Of a DNA stretch of 47,572 nt, positions 12,934 through 24,668 are shown piece by piece. The stretch comes from Macrostomum lignano. Lineage: Eukaryota. A program made the position numbers and the translations under genes. The stretch lies in the NCBI GenBank assembly GCA_002269645.1, contig NIVC01000865.1, positions 1 to 47,572 on the forward strand. The letters run 5' to 3'. The notes beneath the pieces are model-generated. The model did not search any database. It saw only the letters and a list, made by a program, of their open reading frames with translations, and was not told where the DNA came from. Positions within the stretch are counted from its first letter, which is position 1; the number at the start of each line of letters is the position of its first letter.

Positions 12934-13451
12934 TCAAACAAACATCTGTGGGTGATCCAGGGTGTCATAGAGGACTTCAGTTTCAGCGGGATTCTGACTG
13001 GCGCAGGGGGCTGTCGGGGCATACACGCAAACAGCATGCAGGCGCCTGTCCTTCAGGGCAAAGGCCGCTTGCCCAAGACGCTCAGTCGGGAACCGGATGT
13101 CCAGCAGGGCTTTGGACGCAGCGGCCGAGAGCAGCCAACAAAAATCACCGACGCGCCGCGGCGAGGCTGGGGCGGCCTTGAATTGCCACCCAAGGCCCAG
13201 GTCTGCGCTTTCGTCCGTGGTCCTGCGATGCTCTTGGACAGCCAGAACTGAGATTCCGCCAACCGGGTCAGCTCCTGCAGCTTCCACGGGTGGCTGAGGG
13301 TACGGGTGTTAAAGGTGGCGAGCCGAATCTGGGCCAGAAGAGCTGGTGGTCGGCTCGTCTCTCGGTCCACTCCGCTTACGCGTGTATTGCGGGAGCCGGC
13401 TGGGGTGGAGGTGCTGGCCCTCGAGTCCTGGCGGGTTCGTTCGGCGGGCAC
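12934..13451 (-). mobile_element. LINE AP-endonuclease (ORF2 N-terminus) fragment, frameshifted
   Basis: IRLATFNTRTL..KLQEL, then VLAVQEHR..LGQAAFALKDRRLHAVCVYAPT: APE domain motifs. Confidence 0.85.
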
Positions 13452-15028
13452 TGGTGCGGAGCTCCTTGCGTTAAAGCGCTTCCGGTGACGCGCAGAGGGT
13501 CACCTGTGAGTCGCCCGTGGGTGACAGCGACACCGATGGCACCTGGCCTGCGCTCAAGCCGAAGGTGGGCGACCAATTTCCACGCAACTTGGCGTGAGAA
13601 TTATAGCCAACTAGCAATTAACAGCCAACAAAGAATGGAATGCACATTTTGAATAAACTACATGCAGCTTCTGACCTCAACCTTGACATCTCAGCGATTC
13701 CCCCTAAGCTTTAGCATTTCAGCAATTATTGCCCCCCCCCGAAACAGCTTGCTGAAACAAAGCAGATTTTTTTCTTTTTGTGAAGTATTCTTTTCGTGCT
13801 CTTCTTCAATGTGCTGGTGCCACGTCGAGCCATTTTGCAATGGGCCTCAGACTGCACCCCGCTCTTGCCAGAGCTGCCAGGGTTGGCAGTAGCCTTCCCT
13901 TTTTGGCAGACTTTCCTCGGCGCATCTTGAGCTTGAGAGCACCCCGCTGGAAAAATGATCCGTTAAGGTACCGACTGGCCCAAGCGTTGTAGAGGCCGAG
14001 GACAAATGAATTGCCCGTTTTCCCCCCTGCGGAACTTGCGGTGATACACCAGTCCACTAGCAGGGAGGTCGGGATGGTGTGCCGTGGTTTTGGCCTCAGC
14101 AGCCGCAGCAGCATCTCCAGGGGGCGCCGCCGCTGAACTGCTGAAGCTTCCACCGACCGGCTTGTCTGGTTGTCTTGGGAATCCAGTCGCTTCAGCACTC
14201 ATAGTGAGCGCCGCCGCTTTGGCCCCCGCAGCTTCCTTCTTGGCCTGCCGCTTGGCGCGTTGCTTAGCGCGTTTGCGCTCAAGCCGAGCCCGTTGAGCTT
14301 CGTCGGATCTGCCAGATTTGGCTGGTCATTTAGACTCAGAGCTCGCGGTTCCCTTAGATCCACCAGCAGAGCTGGCAGGTTTTTGGATACTTTGGGTTTG
14401 GTAGCTCTGGTCGGATCTGCCTGCAGAGCTAGTCGGTCCTCCCTTTGCCACAGTTGAATCAGTCGGTTGGGATCGACCAGTAGGGCCGGCCGGTCCTTCG
14501 GACTGAGATTGGGGTTTAGAAGGGTCCACGTCCCTAGATATAGTTTGCTTATCCATAGTCTTCTCGAAGGCCATGATAAAGGTTGGTGGGCTACAATCGA
14601 AGAGGCGCGGTACCCACCCGGCCGCTCCAACTGACCGGGCAGTAGGCCAAAAGAACCCTCAAGGCTGGCCCGACACCAGGAGGGACAACTCCCCGGCCTT
14701 CCAGCCCATCGGCACGGTCGAACACCTTAGGCATCAGAGGTACCGTTGAGCAGTACCATGGCCTCTGGATCGGCTTGCGAGACAGGGTGGGGGGTCTGCG
14801 GCTGCTAGAGGCAAATAGAGGGTGCAGAACTCCCACCAACCTCTTCACCATGCTGAAGATGGGGCAGGCGTGAAGCATGGCAGACCTTAGCCAATGGGCC
14901 TGGCCTATCTCATCATGAAGTTGGATGGACGGAGGCATTCTTGTCGGTGTTCATTGGCACCTCAGCGACTCCTCCTTCGGAGTGGCTTGCAGCGCCTGGC
15001 CTGTCCAGTGTAATTTTCATCCCCTGGC

Positions 15029-15346
15029 TCAAATAGCCGAAATCAGAGTTCTTCGCGGCGGAAGCTTGTTCTTAGTCTTGTTTGATGCGCGCAGCTCTTC
15101 TGCGGCCTTAATCACCTTCCACCGGTTGTTTTCTTGCTGGCGAGAGTCCTTGCTCTGCACTCTATGCCCTCGGTGCGCAATTGGCAACCTACTGCCAGTA
15201 GTTTCACATTGATCGCACACAAGCCGACGTGTCACGCTGCACGAGTCCCTCTCATGATGCCTGGGTGATACACCACCTAAAAGGCAGACCTCACAGCTTA
15301 AGCAAACTTCGTACAGCTCTTTGTCGCCACTTTTGAAGGTCTTCAT
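15029..15346 (-). CDS. Short Cys/His-rich ORF (PHD-like?); start of a degraded gene or LINE ORF1
   Basis: True ATG at 15346; CLSCEVC-x9-H..C..VCDQC; downstream frames are broken; same strand as, and upstream of, the APE fragment. Confidence 0.25.
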   Translation of the reverse strand: MKTFKSGDKELYEVCLSCEVCLLGGVSPRHHERDSCSVTRRLVCDQCETTGSRLPIAHRGHRVQSKDSRQQENNRWKVIKAAEELRASNKTKNKLPPRRTLISAI

Positions 15347-15630
15347 TTTGAGAAAATTTTCAGAAAGAAGCAGAGACTTGATTATTTGAAGCGTTGGTTA
15401 TAAACCAGTCCAGCTATAGATAGATTATCATTAAGTAATTGACCCAGTCGACTCATTTACTAGTTATCAGAGTGTAAAATTTTTGTAAAGCAAGACCAGC
15501 CAGTAAACATTGTACGCTCGTACAGTGCACGCAAACACAAACAGCTAAATTCAGGCTAATCGAAGTCCCTAAGCTGACAATTAGGCTGCAGCAGTCACTC
15601 CTATCTGCCCAGTAATAAAAATTCAAGTAA

Positions 15631-16850
15631 GACCTCATGGAGCATGCAGAATCCCATACTGCTGCAGGACCTGCAGAAAGCATGCAAAATACCATACTGC
15701 TGTAAGACCTCATGGAGCATACAGAATCCCATACTGCTGCAGGACCTCATGGAGCATACAGAATCCCATACTGCTGCAGGACCTCATGAAGCATACAGAA
15801 TCCCATACTGCTGCAGGACCTCATGAAGCATACAGAATCCCATACTGCTGCAGGACCTCATGGAGCATGCAGAATCCCATACTGCTGCAGGACCTCATGG
15901 AGCATGCAGATTCTCATACTGCTGCAGGACCTCATGGAGCATACAGAATCCCATACTGCTGCAGGACCTCATGAAGCATACAGAATCCCATACTGCTGCA
16001 GGACCTCATGGAGCATGCAGAATCCCATACTGCTGCAGGACCTCATGGAGCATACAGAATCCCATACTGCTGCAGGACCTCATGGAGCATGCAGAATCCC
16101 ATACTGCTGCAAGACCTCATGGAGCATACAGAATCTCATACTGCTGCAGGACCTCATGGAGCATGCAGAATCCCATACTGCTGCAGACCTCATGGAGCAT
16201 GCAGAATCCCATACTGCTGCAAGACCTCATGGAGCATGCAGAATCCCATACTGCTGCAGGACCTCATGGAGCATACAGAATCCCATACTGCTGCAAGACC
16301 TCATGGAGCATGCAGAATCCCATACTGCTGCAAGACCTCATGGAGCATGCAGAATCCCATACTGCTGCAAGACCTCATGGAGCATGTAGAATCCCATACT
16401 GCTGTAAGACCTCATGAGCATACAGAATCCCATACTGCTGCAAGACCTCATGGAGCATGCAGAATCCCATACTGCTGCAGGACCTCATGGAGCATGCAGA
16501 ATCCCATACTGCTGCAGGACCTCATGGAGCATGTAGAATCCCATACTGCTGTAAGACCTCATGAGCATACAGAATCCCATACTGCTGCAGGACCTCATGA
16601 GCATACAGATTCTCATACTGCTGCAGGACCTCATGAAGCATACAGATTCTCATACTGCTGCAGGACCTCATGAGCATACAGAATCCCATACTGCTGCAGG
16701 ACCTCATGTAGCATACAGAATCCCATACTGCTGTAAGACCTCATGGAGCATACAGAATCCCATACTGCTGCAGGACCTCATGGAGCATGCAAAATCCCAT
16801 ACTGCTGTAAGACCTCATGAAGCATACAGAATCCCATACTGCTGCAGGAC
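15631..16850 (+). repeat. 37-bp tandem array, about 33 copies
   Basis: Unit gacctcatggagcatgcagaatcccatactgctgcag, head-to-tail with no spacers. Confidence 0.95.
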
Positions 16851-17100
16851 ATGCAGAGTGCAGGAGCGCCAACGACTCCAGGGGATCACCAACCCTTGCA
16901 CACTCTCTGAAGCAAAACTCGCGAGCTTTCAGTGCCATGGAAAGCAAAGCAAGCGGGACCGCACAACTTTATATTTTAATGGTTTTTGCAATACCCAGGC
17001 AAAGCCGCTTGACTTGCACTTTAAGCAAGCTCAGTTGAAGAGTTTTTTGCCCACAGACTGCAAGCACTCAGCTACAGGGGCCCATAGACGGTCTGGCATT

Positions 17101-17221
17101 TCAGACAGGATAAAAGCAGAGCCCCCAGCAGTACCTGCAAATTTCACACATACCGTGAGTTGAGTTGCTAAGGAATAAATTTGTTACACCTGCTGAGCTC
17201 ATCTGCTGAAATAGTTCTGCC
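17101..17221. repeat. Diverged copy of 8135-8262; probably a second fragment of the YR-element family
   Basis: cagacaggataaaagcagagcccccagcag..ctgctgagctcatctgctgaaatagttctgcc vs cagacagggtaaaaacagagcccagcag..ctgctgagctcatctgctgaaatcgttctgcc. Confidence 0.6.
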
Positions 17222-17354
17222 TGTTGGATCACTCGGCTTGATCGCTGAGAATTGGTAAGTCTGCTAACTAGCTCTCTTGACATTTTTATCTTCCTTTCTC
17301 CTGCTACCTGACTGACCCTGACAGGTCAGGATGCAAATTGCAAGTCAGTGCCAG

Positions 17355-18235
17355 TTCCTTCTGTCTGTCTCTTCCGCATCCTGCACGCATCCCTCCCCAA
17401 ACTCTCTCCCATCTGTCCCAACTCTTCCCCATCTCTCTCCTATTCTCAACCCTATTTTCCCCATCACTTCCCCACCTCTCTGGTACCTCTCTGGCATCTC
17501 TCTCTCTCATCTCTTGCTTATCTCTCCCTCAACTCTCCACAAACTCCCCCATCTCTTCCCAGTCTCTTCCATAATCTCTCTGCCATCTCTTCCCCATCTC
17601 TTTAGCATCCAAATACTAAAAATGTTTTGTCGGTAGGTATCTATCTCTGTGATCGATTAGAGAAAAAACGGCTCAACCGATTTTCTTCGAATCTCTTCCT
17701 AATCTCTCTCCTATTCTCTCTCCCATCTTTTCCCCATCTTTCCCAAACTCTCCCATCTTTCCCCATTTCCCATCTCTTTCTAATCTCTCTCTTATTCTCT
17801 CTTCCATCTCTCTAATTATCTCTCTTATCTCCCCCTCAACCCTCCCATCCATCCCCGTCTCTCCCCAATCTCTCGCCATCTCTCTCCCATTTCGTGCTAA
17901 TCTCTTGCCATCTTTTCCCCATCTCCCCCCGTCTCCCCCATTTCGCTCCTTCTCTCTCATCTTTTTCTCTTCTCTTGCCCATCTCTCTCCCCTTCTCTCT
18001 CCCATCTCTTCCCCATCTTTGCCATTCTCTCTCATTCTCTATTTTACATGTATCTCTCCTCAGTTTCTCGTCTCCACCTATATATTCTCTTTCCCATCTC
18101 TTTCCCGTCTCTCTGGCATCACTTCCTCATCTCTCTGACATCTCTTCTCCATCTCTTTCCCATTCTCTCTTTTATCTATTTTCCATCTCACTCTTATTCT
18201 CTCCCTCCAATCTCTCCCTATCTCTGCCAAGGACT
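17355..18235 (+). repeat. Pyrimidine (CT)-rich low-complexity tract
   Basis: Degenerate tcccatctct-like units. Confidence 0.85.
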
Positions 18236-18247
18236 ACACCTTTTTAC

Positions 18248-18440
18248 GTTCGATTTTGAACAAAGTCCAGTTCTAAAAAAACTAGCGGAAATTCAATTCA
18301 GACAATTCAGACTGGGGCAACAAACCCCAGTTCAAAACATTATGCAACCGAAGCAAGTTTTAGCCATAGACAAAATTGTCCCCAGTCTGAATTGCCTGAA
18401 TTGAATTTCTGCTAGAACTGGACTTTGTTCAAAATTGAAC
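18248..18440. mobile_element. MITE-like inverted-repeat hairpin 1
   Basis: gttcgattttgaacaaagtccagttcta..gaaattcaattcagacaattcagactgggg pairs with ccccagtctgaattgcctgaattgaatttc..tagaactggactttgttcaaaattgaac. Confidence 0.7.
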
Positions 18441-18442
18441 CA

Positions 18443-18734
18443 AAGACGACTTAAGTAGAAGGACGGGAAACCTCGTTTCTTAGAAAAGTTTTGAAGGCAC
18501 TTTTTCCCGAAAAAATACACTACGGAGATTGGAAATTTTCATTTTTCAGCACAAAAATTGCTATTACTTTTGATAGGAGGCAGATCCAGTGTTCATCTTT
18601 TGATATGTTGTGCCTTTTTTATTGCTCTATCGATATTTATAAATCTTTTCGTTCAGATTATTTTATCGGGAGGAAGTGCCTTCAAAAATTTTCTAAGAAA
18701 CGAGGTTTCCCGTTCTTCTACTTAAGTCGTCCTT
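18443..18734. mobile_element. MITE-like inverted-repeat hairpin 2
   Basis: gacgacttaagtagaaggacgggaaacctcgtttcttagaaaagttttgaaggcactt pairs with aagtgccttcaaaaattttctaagaaacgaggtttcccgttcttctacttaagtcgtc. Confidence 0.75.
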
Positions 18735-18780
18735 GAATTGAACGTGAAAAGGTGTACTAAAGTAACATATACTCGTATAT

Positions 18781-19064
18781 AGGACGCTACACTCGAAATA
18801 TATGGTAAATGTTTTGAAGGCAACTTTTCGCCGAAGAATTACCTTACAGAGATAGGAGGTTTTAATTTTTTCATCACAAAAATTGTTATTGCTTTTGATA
18901 GGAGAAAGACCCAATGTTTATCTTTCGATATGTTGTGCCTTCCTTATAGCTCTATTGGGATTCATAAAGCTTATTTATTTATAGTGTATTTTTTGGCGAA
19001 AAGTTGCCTTCAAAACATTTACCATAGATTTCGAGTGTTGCGTCCTTCTACTTAAGTTGGTCCT
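18781..19064. mobile_element. MITE-like inverted-repeat hairpin 3, related to hairpin 2
   Basis: aggacgctacactcgaaatatatggtaaatgttttgaaggcaacttttcgcc pairs with ggcgaaaagttgccttcaaaacatttaccatagatttcgagtgttgcgtcct; internal spacer homologous to that of hairpin 2. Confidence 0.7.
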
Positions 19065-19065
19065 T

Positions 19066-19590
19066 CAGTCTCTCCCAATCGCGCACTCAACCTTCCCCAA
19101 ACTCTTCCCCATCTATACCATCTCTTCCCCTTCTCTCTCCCATTTTTTCTCGATCTTTACTCTATCTCTCCAATCTCCCCCATCTCTCTCATCTCTCCAA
19201 CTTTCACCCATCTCATCTCCTATCTCTCCTTCAACACTCCCCATTTTTACTCCATACCTCCCATCTCTCTCGAATTTCCCATTCTCGCATTCTGTTCCCA
19301 TCTCTCACTCCTTTTGTCGCCCATTTCTCTCTCATCCCTCTCTCATCTCGGGGACCTCATCTCTTCCCATCTTTCTCGCATTTCTCCTCCATCTCCCTAC
19401 CATATCTTTCCCGTATCTTTCCCATATCTCACGTATCTTTTCTCTACTGTCTCTCGATTTTCCCTCCAACTCCCCATCTCTCTCCCATTCTCTCAGCCAT
19501 CTCTCACCGTCTTCCTTCCCCCGAGTTCTCCACCGTCTCTCCCCTCCGTCCCCCAACTCTTTCCCGATCTCTCCTTCAACTTCACCTTCA
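19066..19590 (+). repeat. Pyrimidine (CT)-rich low-complexity tract, continuing 17355-18235
   Basis: Same degenerate composition as 17355-18235. Confidence 0.8.
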
Positions 19591-19836
19591 TTGTAGGAGG
19601 GCATACTTTATGAGATGTTGCCCGCATTGCTACCCACGCGGAATGCACCTGGGTTACCGACCCATGGTGCAAGCTTGTTAAATGTCTGTTTTTATTTAAA
19701 ACTGCAAGCACAAGGCATATTTATGAACAGATAAACCTACGCCCACATTGCAGACTTGGGATTTCTACTGAAGCACAGCTAGCTCATCGAGCAGACCGAC
19801 TGCAGTCCCAGAGACCAAGTTAAAGACTCAATCAGC

Positions 19837-22800
19837 ATGAGGCATCTCGCTGCTGCATTCGCATTGCTGGCGGTGTCGCTCTGCTCAGCTGTGGCTTTGC
19901 CGGTCGCGTTGGCGCCCTTTCTATCCAAGGCTGCCATCATGACTGTAGCCAGAGACGCTGCCATTAACTCTGTCGTAAGCTCGCTTGTAGACAAAGTCTT
20001 GAACGGCGGCGGCGGCGGTGGCGGCGGCGCTGGTGGCGGCGGCGGCAATTTGATCACCAGCTTGGTCAATTTGAGAAAACAGAACGAAGAAACGCTCAAC
20101 GAGATGATGAAGTCTGTCGGCACCGCACCGAATCCGCTCATCACCCAGGAATCGATGAATAAAATGGTCAAAGACTGGTCCCTCCAACCACAGAAGGCGG
20201 GAACTCGCTCCATCAGCCTGCAGGCCGATCAGGGCTTTAACGGACTCGGAAACTACCAGCCTCCAGGATGGGTGATGACGGAGACTTTGAGCGGCCCAGC
20301 GAACAAAATACCGCAAATGACGGACGAGAAAGTACCGGTGTATCAATATCCGAAGGGAGTGGGTCCGATGCTGATGAACGGCTGTACGGGTCAATTCTAT
20401 TCAAAAAGTAGTCCCTGCAACTCCAGCAAGCTCGCTGCTCAGGGACACGCAGTCTGCCCGAACCTCCTGGAAGCCGCCGCCTACGTGGGCGTAGGTTTCG
20501 ACGGTCGCGGCTTCTACAAAATCGAGAGCCGCAGGGCCAGCCTAGTGCAGCGTTACTGCTCCAACAAGGCCAGCTTCCAAAACAAAGACGTTCCCGACTC
20601 GATGAACGTGTTCGGCATCTTTGAGACTACGGCAGAGACCAAGTCCTTCCAGTCTGGAGGGGAATACATGAACTACATCAGAGAGAAGGCCGGCCTGTCA
20701 AAACAGAGGAATCTATTTCGCAGTGAGGCCAGCAAGCACAGCACTTCCGTTTCAGCAACTATCAGCGCTTTTAGCATTTCCTCTGCTTCAAGTGCGACCG
20801 GTTACGGCGAATCGTCCTCGGTAAAATCTGGTGAATCGGTCTCGGAAAATGTTCAGACTGAGAGTTCCAATATGCGGCAGGGGGCTTCTAATACCTTTTT
20901 CGCCATCATGTATGTCAGCGTCATCATGTACGAGATCACTCTGGATGATGTGAAGCCGCAAGACATCAACTTGGCTGCTCTCAAGGACTACATGAGCTTG
21001 CCGGAGTCCTACTACTCGGTTGGCGCTGACGTCAAGTACCAGAACTTTCTGCTTCGCTGGGGCACGCACTTTATTCGGTCTGGAAAGTTTGGCGGCCAGT
21101 TGAAGATCACAAAGACTGCGAAGATGAACAAAGTAAAGTCTGTGGCGGAGTTCGCCAGCATCGCCGAGACAGAGTTCCAGTCAATGTTTGCGTCACTGCA
21201 GTCCAGGCACCTGCAGACAACAAGCAAAGTTAGCACTCCTTTTTATGGCGGACAGATAAAGTCTGAACATCAAAGCTCATCGGCAAAATCCGGAAATAGT
21301 CGCGTCAGCACAATGAACCAGAAAAACCAGCTATCTCAGAGCTCAAGCCAATCCGAGTTCACTCAAACTAGCGTCGAAGCTCAAGGAGGAACGCCGGAGA
21401 TCGCGGAGGCTCTCGTCGACTTTTACACGCCATCGTTCAAGTCTTTGTATCACAAATGGATCGTCTCAATCAGCGACTACGTGAAGCCGTTCGAGTTCCA
21501 GCTAAAGCCCATCGACCAGCTGTTCAATATGAACATGGACGACCTTTTCCTGTCTGGGAACTTCGATTTTGGCTGCATGGGAGGGGCTGGCAGCAGTAAC
21601 AAAGTAAAGATTTTGGTGGAGCCTGGAACCAATCGCAGATACCATCTTGATGAGCAGACTGAATTCCGAGACAACCGGACTGAGACTAGACTAGTGAAGA
21701 CCTACTGCAAGTACAGAGACCTGAATGAGTTCAAGACTGATCTGGACAGGCGAACAATCTCTCTGGAGAAAGCAGTTGCGGTCTACATGGCAGAAGGTCC
21801 GTTTCCGACGTCAACCTACGAGCTGGAAGCTGGGCAGTCTGGCTGCGAAGAGAAGACCTTGGCTCAAATCGACACACTGGACTCCAAGTCAAAGCCTCTG
21901 ACTTTTCTGCAGCTCAAAACAGCGCCGTTTCTAATTTCATTTGACCTGCCTGAGGAGATACCAAATTTGCTGCAAAGACAAGCAAAGTACGCTGTGGTCT
22001 ATCGAGGAGACAGATGGTTTGCCACTGAGCCAGGAAGCCATCTTGCTCACTTGTATGACGGTTGCCAATTGGGCAACTACAAGCTTGAAGAGCGTAAGAG
22101 CAAACCAAAAATCTGCATTTGGAACATTATCCTCACCTATGAGAACAACACGGGCTTTTTCTACATTGACCACAATGACTTTTCTGCATCTAAACGCCGC
22201 AACCCGTTGATTCCGGGCTGGATGTCTGGCTTAACCGTGGCCAGAGCTTCAAGTCTGAGCATATCGAAGGACCCTGCCTCGACTCCCGAGTCAGTGCCGT
22301 GCAACGTGAAGTGGCTAAACTCCCACAGACTCGATCCCAGCAAGAATGAGAGCTGTCTGCACTTTACGGCCGCCACTGAGGGAGACATCTTTGTGATTTT
22401 TGCATCCATTCCAAGAGATCAGTCAACGTGGTACTACCTGCAGATCAATGCAGAGGGTGTTCTGTTTTACAAGGCAATGAAGCTGAAAAAGCGAGACGAA
22501 AATAGGGGCATGGGGACACTGGGAGACAGGAACCTGTACCAGTCCTACTTTGTGTGCGTACTCCAGTCCAGTGGCTCAGTTCTGATGCAGTTTGGAAAGG
22601 CAGATGCCACAAGTGAAGTCGGCACTGTCTACTCTGGCTACAAGTTTCCGCAGGACAGCCAGTACAGTCGTTTATCTTTCTATACATTTGGCGCAGGCTC
22701 AAGGCCAGTGTCTCTGATGGACATTCGACTCACCAAGCAGATGCCAAAGGTTCGATGCTTGAATAATAACTACAAACAGGTGGATGGTCACTGCGTCCTT

Positions 22801-24535
22801 GACTGTCATGCAGAGTGTATCGACTGCACTTTAGCAAATGATGACATCAGCTGTTTCCAGTGTCGCAATGTCCGGATTGTGACGAAAAGTTATACTGGTG
22901 ACTCAGTAGTAAAATGCTTACCAGTGTGTCCGAGGGGCTTCCAACTAAGCGACAGGGCTGAGAAGCTGTGTGTTCCATGCAGCTCTGGCAGCTTCAAGAA
23001 CTCAACAGGCAACCAAAACTGCACGCCATGTGACCCTGGTACCTTCACCGAGTCTGAAGCACAAACAGAGTGTAAAAAGTGCAGCCCAGGAACTTTTACT
23101 GCCAACTGGAGATCTCAAACGTGCAAGAAGTGCGCAGAGGGCACGTCAGCGGCCTCAAAAGGATCTGTTTTGTGTAGGCCCTGCAGCCCCGGCTCGTTCG
23201 CGCAAGTTGGTCAGGCACAATGCACTCCCTGTCCGCTCGGCCAGTTCAACAGCGTAGATGGACAGTCTCGGTGCCAGCTGTGCTCTGTGGGCTATTTTGC
23301 TGCCACACCGGGCCTCACTTCTTGCGATCCGTGTCCCAACGGAACAAACAGTACAGCGGGCTCAGCGAGTTGCGAAAACCACTGCAGAAGGGGAGAGTTC
23401 AGTCCGAGCAAAGGCATCCCATGCAGAAAGTGTTCGGCCGGTACATTTGCAGCCAGTATGGGCGCGATGAACTGCACATTGTGCCCCGCAGGCACATTCG
23501 GTGCAAGAGACGGCCAGTCGGCGTGCACAGAGGCTCCGGCAGGATCGTACGTCCCACTTGCTGGATCGACAAGCAGCACTCCGTGTCCGATGGGCACCTT
23601 CAACCCGGAAACTGGAAAGTCCAGCCCGTCTGACTGCTTGGCATGCGCAGCTGGCAGCTTCTCAAACCGCACAGGATCGGCTGCATGCGTGCCGTGTCCC
23701 AAGGGCAGCTACCAGCCGCTGACAAGCCAGTCTGAGTGCAGGATCGCCAGCCCAGGCCGCTTTGTCGACTCGGAAGGTCAGCTGAAGCAGAAATTCTGTC
23801 CGTCTGCACATTATTCTGGAGTCGGCGCGTCCAAGTGCTGCGCCTGGAGCGACCAGTCTGTCTCTTTAGGCCTTCACATTGTGGGCGATGAGCTGACGGA
23901 TGCTTCAGCAGCGGGTCGGCTGTCACAAGTCTCTGAGTGCAAGTGCAATCCGCTTTTTACCATCAAGTCCGGCGTGAATAAATGCAATCCGTGTCCAGAG
24001 TCCGGGGCTGTGTTCACGGGACTGTGCTTTCGTGAGTAAACTCAAGGCTTTGCCATGTCAAATACGCTGGTAGCTGTGCGATGCATTTTGAAACAGCGCT
24101 GCCTCATTCAATTGTCACATTTCAGGTAGGCTGACTTTCGCATGCGGCACGAATGCTTCCGACTGCACGAACGCAGTGGATGGCAGCATGGTCACATCTG
24201 CATCCGTTACCGATGACCCAAATCCTAGCGATTCTCATCTGCAGTTCAACTTCAGCAGTGCTGTTGAGATCAAAGGATTTATTGTTTGGTTTCAAAACGA
24301 ACAGGAGGCAAAGTCCTTGTCTCGAATCGAAATCAGCGTGTACGGCACCGAGCCCGATGGAAACGCGTTCAGAAAGACTTGCTACAACTACAACATTTTG
24401 TACTTTGACGGAATGCACCTGCATGCGCACATCACTTGCGCAACTTCAAATGTGAGATTCTTCAGGATCAGCCCTCAGAACGGGGGCAGCACGAAGGCGA
24501 TAAAGTTTGCTGAAGTCGCAGTGTATGGAGTGTGA
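19837..24535 (+). CDS. Secreted MACPF-domain protein with furin-like and Ephrin_rec_like/GCC2-type Cys repeats and a C-terminal F5/8C/fucolectin-like domain, about 1534 aa, 2 exons
   Basis: Exons 19837-24031 and 24126-24535; the phase-1 intron (gtgagt..tttcag) keeps frame. Signal peptide MRHLAAAFALLAVSLCSAVA; MACPF signature WGTHFIRSGKFGG (21058-21096); repeated CPxGxF/Y..C..C units; last exon AVDG..LQFNF..EIKGF..RFFRI..EVAVYG. Confidence 0.85.
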
Positions 24536-24668
24536 GCCTCGAATTTTTGGTAACAAAAGCTAATTGGAAGCTTTGGTTTTTGAAACTGACTCGGACTTGA
24601 CTAATTCTTCATCAGCATTGTATTTACTGCAGCAAACACAGCAATCTGATTTGTGAGCTTTTTTACCA

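Noticed and set aside
15631-16850. CRISPR array or repeat protein (ORFs such as MEHAESHTAAGPH...)
   Set aside because: The 37-bp units are contiguous with no unique spacers, there are no cas genes, and the context is eukaryotic; the ORFs are by-products of the repeat
17331-19613. Ser/Leu/Pro-rich and Glu/Arg/Gly-rich ORFs
   Set aside because: Translations of CT-rich low-complexity DNA
19779-24455. Antisense and alternative-frame ORFs within the MACPF gene
   Set aside because: Shadow ORFs of a GC-rich coding sequence, with no independent motifs
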